A stretch of 64,000 bases of DNA from Clostridiales bacterium (GCA_012520515.1 JAAYOD010000032.1:9967-73966); one strand, 5' to 3'. Positions 10,045-18,562 are shown, numbered from the stretch's first letter. Program-made: numbers and translations. Notes: generated by a model not told the origin, from the sequence alone.

Positions 10045-10398
10045 ATGAAAATCAGAGAAATTGTTGAACTGTTAGAAGCAAAGATATACTACGGCGAAGA
10101 TATGCTTGATGTTGATATCAAGTCAGCTTGCGCTGCTGATATGATGAGCGATGTGCTGGCGTTTTTAAAAGACCAAGCGCTGCTTATCTCAGGGCTATGC
10201 AATCCCCAAGTTGTGCGCACCGCGGACATGATGGATATTAAGTGCATTGCGTTAGTTAGGGGCAAAACGCCAACAGAAGATATGCTTGAGCTTGCTAAAC
10301 AAAGAGAAATTGCAATAATATCTAGCAAAGCAAGAATGTATGCAGCTTGCGGCAAGCTGTATGAAGCTGGTCTTAAGCCTGGAGATTTTGAAGTATGA
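10045..10398 (+). CDS. DRTGG-domain-like small protein
   Basis: 117 aa. Resembles the short DRTGG proteins found beside [FeFe]-hydrogenase regulatory genes in Clostridia/Thermoanaerobacterales. 9 nt after nadE. Confidence 0.6.
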   Translation: MKIREIVELLEAKIYYGEDMLDVDIKSACAADMMSDVLAFLKDQALLISGLCNPQVVRTADMMDIKCIALVRGKTPTEDMLELAKQREIAIISSKARMYAACGKLYEAGLKPGDFEV

Positions 10399-10814
10399 GT
10401 TCGCTGCATCTTGAGTTTGATGTGGCGGGGAATAACTTTGTATCTGCAGGCAGCGCGTCAAACGAAGTAAAATTGACGCTAAAAAAATTAGGCGTTGAGC
10501 CAGCTATTATAAGAAAGGTTGCCGTTGCTATGTATGAAGGCGAAATAAATATGGTCATTCACGCTGGCGGCGGTAAGGCAATTGTTGATATTTTTGGCGA
10601 TAAGATAGACATAGAGTTAAAAGACTCAGGACCTGGCATTGCCGATATATCGCTTGCCATGAAAGAAGGCTATTCCACAGCGACAGATACTATTAGAGAA
10701 CAAGGTTTTGGCGCAGGAATGGGATTGCCTAATATGAAAAGATATACCGATGAGTTTGAAATTGAAAGTACAGTTGGCGTAGGCACTACTGTTAGGCTAG
10801 CTGTTTACTTTTAA
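10395..10814 (+). CDS. HATPase_c (GHKL) protein, anti-sigma-factor-like Ser/Thr kinase type
   Basis: 139 aa. N-box-like E..N...H, G1 DSGPGI, G2 GFGAGMGL. No sensor or DHp domain. 4-nt overlap with the upstream gene. Confidence 0.75.
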   Translation: MSSLHLEFDVAGNNFVSAGSASNEVKLTLKKLGVEPAIIRKVAVAMYEGEINMVIHAGGGKAIVDIFGDKIDIELKDSGPGIADISLAMKEGYSTATDTIREQGFGAGMGLPNMKRYTDEFEIESTVGVGTTVRLAVYF

Positions 10815-10831
10815 TTAAGATAGGAGAAAAA

Positions 10832-12070
10832 ATGGACAAAAGCTTAAATACGGTTATGCTGGACTCTAGCAAGTGCAAAGGTTGTGTTTCTTGTATGAAG
10901 AGATGTCCAACTGAAGCAATCCGTGTAAGAGATGGCAAAGCAAAGGTCATTTATGACCGCTGTATAGGTTGCGCTGAATGCGTAAGGGTGTGTCCGCACC
11001 AAGCAAAACTGCCAGCGTATGATAGTTTTGACATAATACATAACTACAAATACAAAATAGCTTTGCCAGCGCCGTCGCTTTATGGACAATTCCAAAACCT
11101 AGACAGCATAGACAGAGTGCTAAATGGTCTGCTTGCAATTGGCTTTGATGATGTATATGAAGTTTCATCGGCAGCTGAACTAGTAACTGAAGCGTCACAT
11201 AAAATAATTGCCGAAGGCAAAATTGAAAAACCTATTATAAGTTCAGCGTGTCCTGCCGTTTTAGAGCTTATAATTATGGCGTATCACGGATTAAAAGACC
11301 ACATTATAGACACTTTAGCTCCCGTAGATGTCGCAGCGCGGCTAGCAAGGGAAAGAGCCATAGCTAAAGGCATTCCAAGCAAAGACATAGGCGTATTTTT
11401 TATTTCACCTTGCCCTGCTAAAGTTTTTGCGTTAAAAATGGGGCTTGGACTAAAAGAGCCAAGCGTTGATGGCGTTCTTGCAACTAGTGAAATTTACTTT
11501 AAGCTAGCAAATGCCATGAGTACGCTAGATGAGATAAAACCAATAGCAAAGAGCGGATATTCAGGTGTTTATTGGGCAAGCAGCGGCGGAGAAGCAATAG
11601 GCACAGGGTTTAAAAACTACCTTGCGGCAGACGGCATGGAAAATGTTGTTACCGTGCTTAAAGATATGGAAGACGGCAAATTAAATTACATAGACTTTGT
11701 AGAGCTCAATGCCTGTCCAAGCGGTTGCGTCGGCGGAGTGCTAAATATAGAAAATCCCTTTGTTGCAAGGGCAAGGCTGCGTTTGCTTAGACAAAATTTG
11801 CCCAAAAGCGAAAACAGCTTAGCTAGCGTTGGCAAAGATATTGATTTTTACAGATGGGAAGAAATGCCCAAGACAAAAGATGTCTTTAAGCTGGACGAAA
11901 ACCGCTTGCTTGCGTTGCAAAAACTAGATGAGATTGAAAAGCTGTTAGCTACATTGCCGCTTCTTGATTGCGGCAGTTGCGGCGCGCCATCTTGCCGCGC
12001 TTTTGCCGAAGATGTCATAAACGGCGTCATAGATAAAGACGGATGTGTAAGAAAAAATGAAAATCACTGA
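10832..12070 (+). CDS. sensory-type [FeFe]-hydrogenase paralog (HydS/HfsB-like, no PAS domain)
   Basis: 412 aa. N-terminal 2x CxxCxxCxxxCP ferredoxin motifs. Variant H-cluster motifs SSACP, SPCPAK, ELNACPSGCVGG. Extra C-terminal CGSCGAPSC...C motif. Confidence 0.8.
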   Translation: MDKSLNTVMLDSSKCKGCVSCMKRCPTEAIRVRDGKAKVIYDRCIGCAECVRVCPHQAKLPAYDSFDIIHNYKYKIALPAPSLYGQFQNLDSIDRVLNGLLAIGFDDVYEVSSAAELVTEASHKIIAEGKIEKPIISSACPAVLELIIMAYHGLKDHIIDTLAPVDVAARLARERAIAKGIPSKDIGVFFISPCPAKVFALKMGLGLKEPSVDGVLATSEIYFKLANAMSTLDEIKPIAKSGYSGVYWASSGGEAIGTGFKNYLAADGMENVVTVLKDMEDGKLNYIDFVELNACPSGCVGGVLNIENPFVARARLRLLRQNLPKSENSLASVGKDIDFYRWEEMPKTKDVFKLDENRLLALQKLDEIEKLLATLPLLDCGSCGAPSCRAFAEDVINGVIDKDGCVRKNENH

Positions 12071-12371
12071 ACTTATTAAGATTTTAGATGCTAAAGTTAT
12101 ATCCATGCCACAGCAAGATATAGAGATATCAGGAGGATATTGCGGGGATTTGCTTAGTTTTGTTATGGGCAGAGCTCCTGAAAAATGCGCTTGGTTTACC
12201 ATTATGAATAATGCAAATGTGGCCGCTGTGGCCGCGCTTGCTGACATTGGCGTTGTAGTGCTTTGTGAAAATGTGCAGCCAGATGGACACCTTTTAAAAG
12301 CTGTAAAAAATAAAGAAATTGCGCTAATTGTAACGGCATTGCCCATTTTTGAGGCAGCAAGAAAGATATAA
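12057..12371 (+). CDS. DRTGG-domain-like small protein (second copy)
   Basis: 104 aa. The N-terminus (MKITELIKILDAKVI) parallels that of the 10045 protein (MKIREIVELLEAKIY). Overlaps the upstream gene by 14 nt. Confidence 0.6.
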   Translation: MKITELIKILDAKVISMPQQDIEISGGYCGDLLSFVMGRAPEKCAWFTIMNNANVAAVAALADIGVVVLCENVQPDGHLLKAVKNKEIALIVTALPIFEAARKI

Positions 12372-12374
12372 AAA

Positions 12375-13064
12375 ATGAAATATTTGTACGACTTGCATAT
12401 TCATAGCGGTTTGTCGCCTTGCGCCGACAATGATATGTCGCCAGAAAACATTGTGGCAATGGCTAGCTTAAAGGGGTTAAACATTATAGCTGTATCCGAC
12501 CACAACAGCATAAAAAATGTCAAACTCACTATGGAACTTGGCAAGCTTATGGATATTTTGGTAGTGCCAGCTATAGAGCTGCAAACCAATGAAGATATAC
12601 ATATTTTGTGTCTGTTTGAAACATTTCAGGGGCTGCAAGATTTTTACAATTCTATTACTTTTACCAAACTAGAAAATAAAATAAAAGTATTTGGTAATCA
12701 GTATATTTATCACGCTGACGATAGCATTACTGAAGAAAAAACTTTGCTCTTTGCAAGCTGTGACATCAGCGAAAGTCAAGTAGCTAAAAGAGCGGCTTTT
12801 TATAATGGCATTGCAATACCTGCCCACATAGATAGAGATTCTTACGGCATACTTGCTGTGCTTGGCGGTGTGCCCAAAGGCTATCGCTGTTTGGAAATGA
12901 CAAGAAATGCCCCTAAAGAAATGATAGAAAAATATCAAGATAATCACAAGCTTATTTTTAATAGCGACGCGCACAATTTACATGATATTGGCAAGGCGCA
13001 AGGCAGCATAGAATTAAATGAGCTGACTACAACTCACTTAATAAGTGAATTATATAATTTTTAA
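12375..13064 (+). CDS. PHP-domain phosphoesterase
   Basis: 229 aa. N-terminal DLHIHS metal-binding motif, later SDHN and DAHN motifs typical of the PHP (polymerase/histidinol phosphatase) fold. Confidence 0.8.
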   Translation: MKYLYDLHIHSGLSPCADNDMSPENIVAMASLKGLNIIAVSDHNSIKNVKLTMELGKLMDILVVPAIELQTNEDIHILCLFETFQGLQDFYNSITFTKLENKIKVFGNQYIYHADDSITEEKTLLFASCDISESQVAKRAAFYNGIAIPAHIDRDSYGILAVLGGVPKGYRCLEMTRNAPKEMIEKYQDNHKLIFNSDAHNLHDIGKAQGSIELNELTTTHLISELYNF

Positions 13065-13085
13065 TATACTTTTCCAAGAAAACTG

Positions 13086-13114
13086 TTTCCAAAATTTAAA
13101 AGATATGGTATAAT
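13086..13114 (+). promoter_or_regulatory. sigma-A type promoter candidate for the hydrogenase structural operon
   Basis: TTTCCA (13086-13091), 17-nt spacer, TGgTATAAT extended -10 (13109-13114). Confidence 0.5.
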
Positions 13115-13177
13115 GCTTTTGTGCGTCTTTAAGCGCGCGTAAAACTAGTACAAGAAATACATTTATTGGAGGAATAG

Positions 13178-13675
13178 ATGGCTAAAATTAAACAAACAAC
13201 TATACCGTTTGCAGGCACAAAAGAGCAAGAAGAAGCTCTTTACAAAAAGCTAGCTGAGTACAAAGATGTTCCTGGCGGTTTAATGCCTGTCATGCAAGCG
13301 GCGCAAGAAATTTATGGTTATTTACCAATTGAAGTGCAAAAGATTATTGCCGACGGTATGAAAGTGTCACTAGAAGATGTGTACGGTATTGCTACATTTT
13401 ATTCTCTGTTTACACTTAATCCGCAAGGCAAGCATCAAGTTTCTATTTGTATGGGTACAGCTTGCTATGTTAAAGGCGCTGGCGAAATACTAGAAGCTAT
13501 TGAAAAGAATCTAGGCATAAAAGGTGGGGAATGCACCGAAGACGGTAACTTTTCCATTTTGGAAACAAGATGTATAGGTTGCTGCGGATTAGCTCCAGTA
13601 ATTACCGTTAATTCCAATGTGTACGGAAAAATCTCTGTTAAGGAAGTTGACGGCATACTAAAAAAATACAAATAA
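13178..13675 (+). CDS. hydC: NuoE-like [2Fe-2S] subunit of NADH-dependent [FeFe]-hydrogenase
   Basis: 165 aa. NuoE/thioredoxin-like Cys pattern CMGTAC ... CIGCCGLAP. GGAGG upstream. Confidence 0.85.
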   Translation: MAKIKQTTIPFAGTKEQEEALYKKLAEYKDVPGGLMPVMQAAQEIYGYLPIEVQKIIADGMKVSLEDVYGIATFYSLFTLNPQGKHQVSICMGTACYVKGAGEILEAIEKNLGIKGGECTEDGNFSILETRCIGCCGLAPVITVNSNVYGKISVKEVDGILKKYK

Positions 13676-13678
13676 GCT

Positions 13679-14221
13679 ATGAGAGAGCTGTCCCTACACA
13701 TTCTTGATATTGTGCAAAATTCTGTCAAGGCAGAGGCATCAGTTATAGAGATTGATGTAAACATACATGATGGATATATAAATATCACAATAAAAGATAA
13801 CGGCAAAGGCATGGATAAAGAGTTACTAAACTCAGTTACCAATCCTTTTACCACATCGCGAAAGACAAGAAAGGTAGGACTAGGTATACCGCTAATAAAA
13901 ATGGCCGCGGAAAAAGCAGGCGGCAGCTTCAAAATAACATCGGAAAAAGGCGTAGGCACAGTTGTTTATTCTAGTTTTCAAATAGACCACATAGACAGAA
14001 TGCCTTTAGGAGATATATCTGAAACCATAGTAACGCTATTAGATGACAAAACCGATTTTGTTTGGAAAGTGCGCCTTAATGAGAAAGAATTTGTATTTGA
14101 CACTAGAGAAGTCAAAAATCAACTAAATCCAATACCTATTGACAGCGTTGAAGTGTTGGTATATTTGAAAAGTTACATTAAAGAAAATATTGAAAGTATA
14201 ATCGGAGGTATTATTTTATGA
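13679..14221 (+). CDS. HATPase_c-domain protein embedded in the hydrogenase operon
   Basis: 180 aa. N-box LDIVQNS, G1 DNGKGM, G2 GLGIPL, plus an unassigned C-terminal region of about 80 aa. Confidence 0.7.
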   Translation: MRELSLHILDIVQNSVKAEASVIEIDVNIHDGYINITIKDNGKGMDKELLNSVTNPFTTSRKTRKVGLGIPLIKMAAEKAGGSFKITSEKGVGTVVYSSFQIDHIDRMPLGDISETIVTLLDDKTDFVWKVRLNEKEFVFDTREVKNQLNPIPIDSVEVLVYLKSYIKENIESIIGGIIL

Positions 14222-14589
14222 AAACAATTGCTGACATTAAAGCGATAAGAGATAAAATGCAGGCGCAAATCATTAATCGTGACAACTTTGACGCCCAAGC
14301 AGAAACCCGTATCGTCGTCGGTATGGCAACATGCGGAATAGCCGCAGGCGCAAGACCGGTTTTTAATGAGTTTGTAGAGCAGGTGCAAAACCGTAACCTA
14401 AAAGGTGTTAAGGTTGTGCGTACCGGTTGTCTTGGTATGTGCAAAGTAGAACCTATTGTGGAAATTCTTGTGCCAGGAGAGCCCAAAGTAACTTATGTTA
14501 AGGTGGACCAAGAAAAAGCAAAAAACATTGTTGCAAAGCACATAGTGGCAGGTCAGGTTTGTACCGATTACCTTGTTGATGAAGAATAA
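14218..14589 (+). CDS. thioredoxin-like [2Fe-2S] ferredoxin
   Basis: 123 aa. Cys pattern MATCGIAAGA ... CLGMCKVEP. ATGA overlap with the upstream gene. Confidence 0.8.
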   Translation: MKTIADIKAIRDKMQAQIINRDNFDAQAETRIVVGMATCGIAAGARPVFNEFVEQVQNRNLKGVKVVRTGCLGMCKVEPIVEILVPGEPKVTYVKVDQEKAKNIVAKHIVAGQVCTDYLVDEE

Positions 14590-14603
14590 ATAGGAGGCAT
14601 AAA

Positions 14604-16388
14604 ATGTATAGAAGCACAGTACTAATTTGCGGCGGAACAGGTTGTCACTCAAATAACAGCAGTGTTATATATGATGAGTTTACCGCAAAAATAAAAGAAA
14701 ATAACATGACTAATGATGTGCTAGTTGTAAAAACTGGTTGCTTTGGTCTTTGCGCGGTAGGCCCTATTGTTATAGTTTATCCTGAAGGGGCGTTTTATTC
14801 TCATGTTCAAAAAGATGATGTAGAGGAAATAATTTCTGAACATCTTATCAAGGGAAGATTGGTAAAGAGATTGATATATAAAGATGAAAACGCTCAAGAT
14901 ATGGTTCAAGCGCTTGCAGACACCAATTTTTATAAAAAGCAAAAAAGAGTGGCTCTTCGCAATTGCGGCGTTATAAACCCCGAAGACATAGACGAATACA
15001 TTGCGTATGACGGATATCAAGCGCTAATTAAGGCGTTGACGGAAATGAGTCCGCAAGAAGTAATAGATGTAATTAAGGCGTCTGGCTTGCGCGGTCGCGG
15101 CGGCGGCGGATTCCCTACTGGATTAAAATGGCAATTTGCTAAAAACGCGCCTGGCGATATTAAGTATGTTTGCTGTAACGCTGACGAAGGCGATCCTGGC
15201 GCATTTATGGACAGGTCCATACTTGAAGGCGACCCCCACGCAGTAGTAGAAGCTATGGCGTTAGCGGGATATGCTATTGGCGCCCATCAAGGTTATGTAT
15301 ATGTAAGAGCTGAATATCCCATTGCAGTAGAAAGATTGCAAATAGCAATAAAAGAAGCAAAAGAATATGGCTTGCTTGGCAAGAACATACTACAAACAGG
15401 CTTTGATTTTGATTTGGAAATAAGGCTAGGAAGCGGCGCATTTGTGTGCGGAGAAGAAACGGCACTTATTACTTCTATTGAAGGAAACAGAGGAGAGCCC
15501 CGTCCCCGTCCCCCATTCCCAGCTGTTAAGGGTTTGTTTGGCAAACCTACCTTGCTTAACAATGTAGAAACTTATGCCAACATACCCCAAATTATTCTAA
15601 AGGGCGCTGATTGGTTTGCAAGCATGGGTACAGAAAAGAGTAAAGGAACTAAAGTTTTTGCTCTTGGCGGAAAGATTGTTAACACAGGACTAGTAGAAAT
15701 CCCTATGGGAACTACTCTTCGCACCATAATTGAAGACATTGGCGGCGGAATACCGGGCGGCAAAAAGTTTAAGGCGGCGCAAACGGGCGGACCATCAGGG
15801 GGATGTTTGCCTGCAGAGCATTTGGATACTCCCATTGACTATGACAGCTTGCTTGCAGTAGGTAGCATGATGGGAAGCGGCGGACTTATCGTTTTAGACG
15901 AAGATAACTGTATGGTAGATATCGCTAAGTTCTATTTGCAATTTACACAAGATGAGTCTTGCGGAAAATGCACGCCATGCCGTGTTGGAACAAAGAGATT
16001 ATTAGAGTATTTAGAGAGAATAACAGAAGGTAAAGCTACGGAAAAAGATTTAGACGATATGGAAAAACTATGCCACTACATAAAGGACAATTCCCTTTGC
16101 GGTTTGGGACAAACAGCGCCCAACCCAGTGCTTAGCACGCTAAACTTCTTCCGTGATGAGTATATAGCGCATGTTAGAGATAAAAAATGCCCAGCGGGCA
16201 TATGCAAAGCGTTGCTTAGCTATCAAATTTTGGACAACTGTAAAGGTTGTACGCTATGCGCTAGGAAGTGCCCCACTAATGCAATATCAGGCGCGGTCAA
16301 AGAAGTTCATTCTATAGATCAAGCTAAATGCATTAAGTGCGGAGTTTGTATGGATGTCTGCAAGTTCAATGCGGTTGTTAAAAAGTAG
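14604..16388 (+). CDS. hydB: NuoF-like FMN/NADH-binding subunit of [FeFe]-hydrogenase
   Basis: 594 aa. N-terminal 2Fe-2S domain, GRGGGGFPTGLKW NADH/FMN motif, ESCGKCTPCR N3-type cluster, C-terminal 2x[4Fe-4S] ferredoxin motifs. Confidence 0.9.
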   Translation: MYRSTVLICGGTGCHSNNSSVIYDEFTAKIKENNMTNDVLVVKTGCFGLCAVGPIVIVYPEGAFYSHVQKDDVEEIISEHLIKGRLVKRLIYKDENAQDMVQALADTNFYKKQKRVALRNCGVINPEDIDEYIAYDGYQALIKALTEMSPQEVIDVIKASGLRGRGGGGFPTGLKWQFAKNAPGDIKYVCCNADEGDPGAFMDRSILEGDPHAVVEAMALAGYAIGAHQGYVYVRAEYPIAVERLQIAIKEAKEYGLLGKNILQTGFDFDLEIRLGSGAFVCGEETALITSIEGNRGEPRPRPPFPAVKGLFGKPTLLNNVETYANIPQIILKGADWFASMGTEKSKGTKVFALGGKIVNTGLVEIPMGTTLRTIIEDIGGGIPGGKKFKAAQTGGPSGGCLPAEHLDTPIDYDSLLAVGSMMGSGGLIVLDEDNCMVDIAKFYLQFTQDESCGKCTPCRVGTKRLLEYLERITEGKATEKDLDDMEKLCHYIKDNSLCGLGQTAPNPVLSTLNFFRDEYIAHVRDKKCPAGICKALLSYQILDNCKGCTLCARKCPTNAISGAVKEVHSIDQAKCIKCGVCMDVCKFNAVVKK

Positions 16389-16397
16389 GAGGACAAA

Positions 16398-18143
16398 ATG
16401 GAAGTAAAAATGATAAATGTTAAGATAAACGGTCAGGCAGTAAGCGTTCCAGAAGGAACAACCATTTTAGACGCTGCCAAAAAAATAGGCATAAAAATTC
16501 CCACTCTTTGCTATCTCCGCGACATAAACGCTATCGGCGCTTGCCGCGTTTGCGTGGTGGAAGTGAAAGGAGCAAGAAGTCTTGTAGCTAGCTGTGTGTT
16601 CCCCGTAGCTGAAGGTATGGAGATAACCACAAATTCAAAGAGAGTATTAGATAGCCGCCGCACAACAGTAGAGTTGCTTTTGTCAGACCATGAGCAACAT
16701 TGTTTAAGCTGTGTTAGAAACCGCAACTGCGAACTACAAACTCTTAGCGAAGAACTTAATTGTGATTCCTTTAGGTTTGAAGGGGCGACAAATACTTATG
16801 AATTAGACCAAAGCACGCCATATATAGTTAGAGATAACAACAAGTGTATACTTTGCCGTCGTTGCGTTGCGGCATGCAGAGACTATCAAGGTATATCAGT
16901 AATTGGCGCTAACGCTAGAGGATTTAGCACCCGTATTGGATGCGCTTTTGAAAAAGACCTTAACGATGTTCCTTGCGTAGGCTGCGGACAATGTATTACG
17001 GTATGCCCTGTTGGCGCACTTCGTGAAAGAGAAGAAATTGATGATGTAATTGACGCTCTAAACGATCCGACTAAGTACACAATAGTTGGTACCGCTCCAT
17101 CAGTTAGAGTAGGACTTGGAGAAGAGTTTGGACTTCCTATCGGCACTAATGTTGAGGGCAAAATGGTATCAGCTCTTAGAAAGATGGGCTTTAATAATGT
17201 GTTTGATGTTGATTTTACCGCTGACCTTACCATAATGGAAGAGGGAGCAGAGTTTATAGATAGAGTTAAAAATGGCGGAAAATTGCCAATGCTAACTAGC
17301 TGTTCGCCAGCTTGGATAAAGTATGTTGAGCACTACTATCCTGACCTTATTGAAAATCTATCTAGTTGCAAATCACCGCAACAAATGTTTGGCGCAATTT
17401 GCAAAACTTATTACGCTGAGAAAATGGGTATTGACCCCAAAAATATTGTAGTGGTTTCTGTAATGCCTTGTACTGCAAAGAAATTTGAGAAAGGCAGAGA
17501 AGACCAAAGCGCAGCGGGAGTGCCTGATATTGATATTGCTATAACAGTAAGAGAGCTAGCTAAACTTATTAAGCTTCAAGGCATTATGTTTAATGAATTA
17601 GAAGATGGTGAGTTTGACGCGCCTCTTGGCATTGCTTCAAGCGCTGGATTATTGTTTGGCGCAACAGGCGGTGTTATGGAAGCTGCCCTACGTACAGTAG
17701 CTGAAGTGCTAGAAGGCAAAGAGCTAACTGATATAGACTATCACGCTGTGCGCGGTATGCAAGGAATTAAGGAAGCTACCTTAAATATTGCAGGAATGGA
17801 TGTAAAGGTTGCAGTAGCTAGCGGACTTGCCAATGCTAAGATTTTGATGGAAAAGATACGCTCAGGCCAAGCTGATTATCACTTTATAGAGATTATGAGC
17901 TGCCCAGGCGGCTGTGTAAATGGCGGCGGACAACCAATAAAAGACTCCTACACACGCAATAATGTCGATTATAAGGCTTTACGCGCTAGCGCTATTTATG
18001 ACACTGACGCTAAAACAAAGCTTAGAAAGTCACATGAGAATCCAATCATTAAGGAGTTGTATGATACCTATTTAGGCGAACCGAACAGCAAAAAAGCGCA
18101 CAAAATACTTCATACATCATACAAAAAGAGAAATAATTACTAA
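16398..18143 (+). CDS. hydA: [FeFe]-hydrogenase catalytic subunit
   Basis: 581 aa. N-terminal 2Fe-2S plus His-ligated and 2x[4Fe-4S] domains. H-cluster motifs TSCSPAW, MPCTAKKFE, EIMSCPGGCVNGGGQP. Confidence 0.9.
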   Translation: MEVKMINVKINGQAVSVPEGTTILDAAKKIGIKIPTLCYLRDINAIGACRVCVVEVKGARSLVASCVFPVAEGMEITTNSKRVLDSRRTTVELLLSDHEQHCLSCVRNRNCELQTLSEELNCDSFRFEGATNTYELDQSTPYIVRDNNKCILCRRCVAACRDYQGISVIGANARGFSTRIGCAFEKDLNDVPCVGCGQCITVCPVGALREREEIDDVIDALNDPTKYTIVGTAPSVRVGLGEEFGLPIGTNVEGKMVSALRKMGFNNVFDVDFTADLTIMEEGAEFIDRVKNGGKLPMLTSCSPAWIKYVEHYYPDLIENLSSCKSPQQMFGAICKTYYAEKMGIDPKNIVVVSVMPCTAKKFEKGREDQSAAGVPDIDIAITVRELAKLIKLQGIMFNELEDGEFDAPLGIASSAGLLFGATGGVMEAALRTVAEVLEGKELTDIDYHAVRGMQGIKEATLNIAGMDVKVAVASGLANAKILMEKIRSGQADYHFIEIMSCPGGCVNGGGQPIKDSYTRNNVDYKALRASAIYDTDAKTKLRKSHENPIIKELYDTYLGEPNSKKAHKILHTSYKKRNNY

Positions 18144-18164
18144 TCATTCTTTAATTACAAAAGC

Positions 18165-18196
18165 AAGGGGTTTTTGCTCAAAAAACCCCTTTTTTG
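18165..18196 (+). terminator. rho-independent terminator after hydA
   Basis: 11-bp stem AAGGGGTTTTT / AAAAACCCCTT, followed by TTTTTT. Confidence 0.85.
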
Positions 18197-18261
18197 TTAC
18201 TTAGCGCCCTGCTAAAAGGCTCACAAAAGCTGGTTAAATTGAATATACTAAAGAAAAATAT

Positions 18262-18290
18262 TTGACATTAGAGATAAGTTATTATACCAT
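18262..18290 (+). promoter_or_regulatory. possible promoter of the lysine operon
   Basis: Consensus TTGACA (18262-18267), 17 nt, weak -10 TACCAT (18285-18290). Position fits a TSS just upstream of the riboswitch. Confidence 0.35.
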
Positions 18291-18314
18291 ATAGATAATA
18301 ATTTATTGACAAAT

Positions 18315-18485
18315 GTAGAGGTGCGTTATCTAATAAGTAACAAAGGAAGTTAGAGTCGGCGGTGGACTTTTCCTTTGCCAAAGGTAGACATCGCCGAAAG
18401 TAACTAGCACATACCGATAACGGTTACTTGGTCGAGAGAAACAAGATTTTCTTGACTGTCGCAAAAAATTTGCGGAGAGCTACTT
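18315..18485 (+). promoter_or_regulatory. lysine riboswitch (L-box)
   Basis: Conserved L-box blocks in the expected order: GTAGAGGTGCG at the 5' end, ATCGCCGAAAG, GACTGTCGC, GCGGAGAGCTAC at the 3' end. Lies directly upstream of dapA. Confidence 0.85.
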
Positions 18486-18532
18486 GTTTATGATATATGC
18501 GCTTTAGCTGAAGTGGCATATTTTGTTGCAAG

Positions 18533-18562
18533 AGTCGAAGCAAAGTTTCGACTTTTATTTTT
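18533..18562 (+). terminator. riboswitch expression-platform terminator (attenuator)
   Basis: Stem GTCGAA / TTCGAC followed by TTTTATTTTT, 16 nt before the dapA start. Confidence 0.65.

Noticed and set aside
13465-13959. 164-aa minus-strand ORF across hydC and the HATPase gene. The same applies to similar antisense ORFs at 20473-20904, 50576-51010, 48275-48760, 11945-12346 and 16886-17233.
   Set aside because: All lie opposite confidently assigned genes and have S/P/L-rich compositions typical of antisense frames. None has start-site signals.
18305-18310. Second perfect TTGACA just before the lysine riboswitch
   Set aside because: A -10 placed 17 nt downstream would fall inside the conserved 5' strand of the riboswitch (TCTAAT, a poor match). 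Transcription from there would truncate the P1 region.
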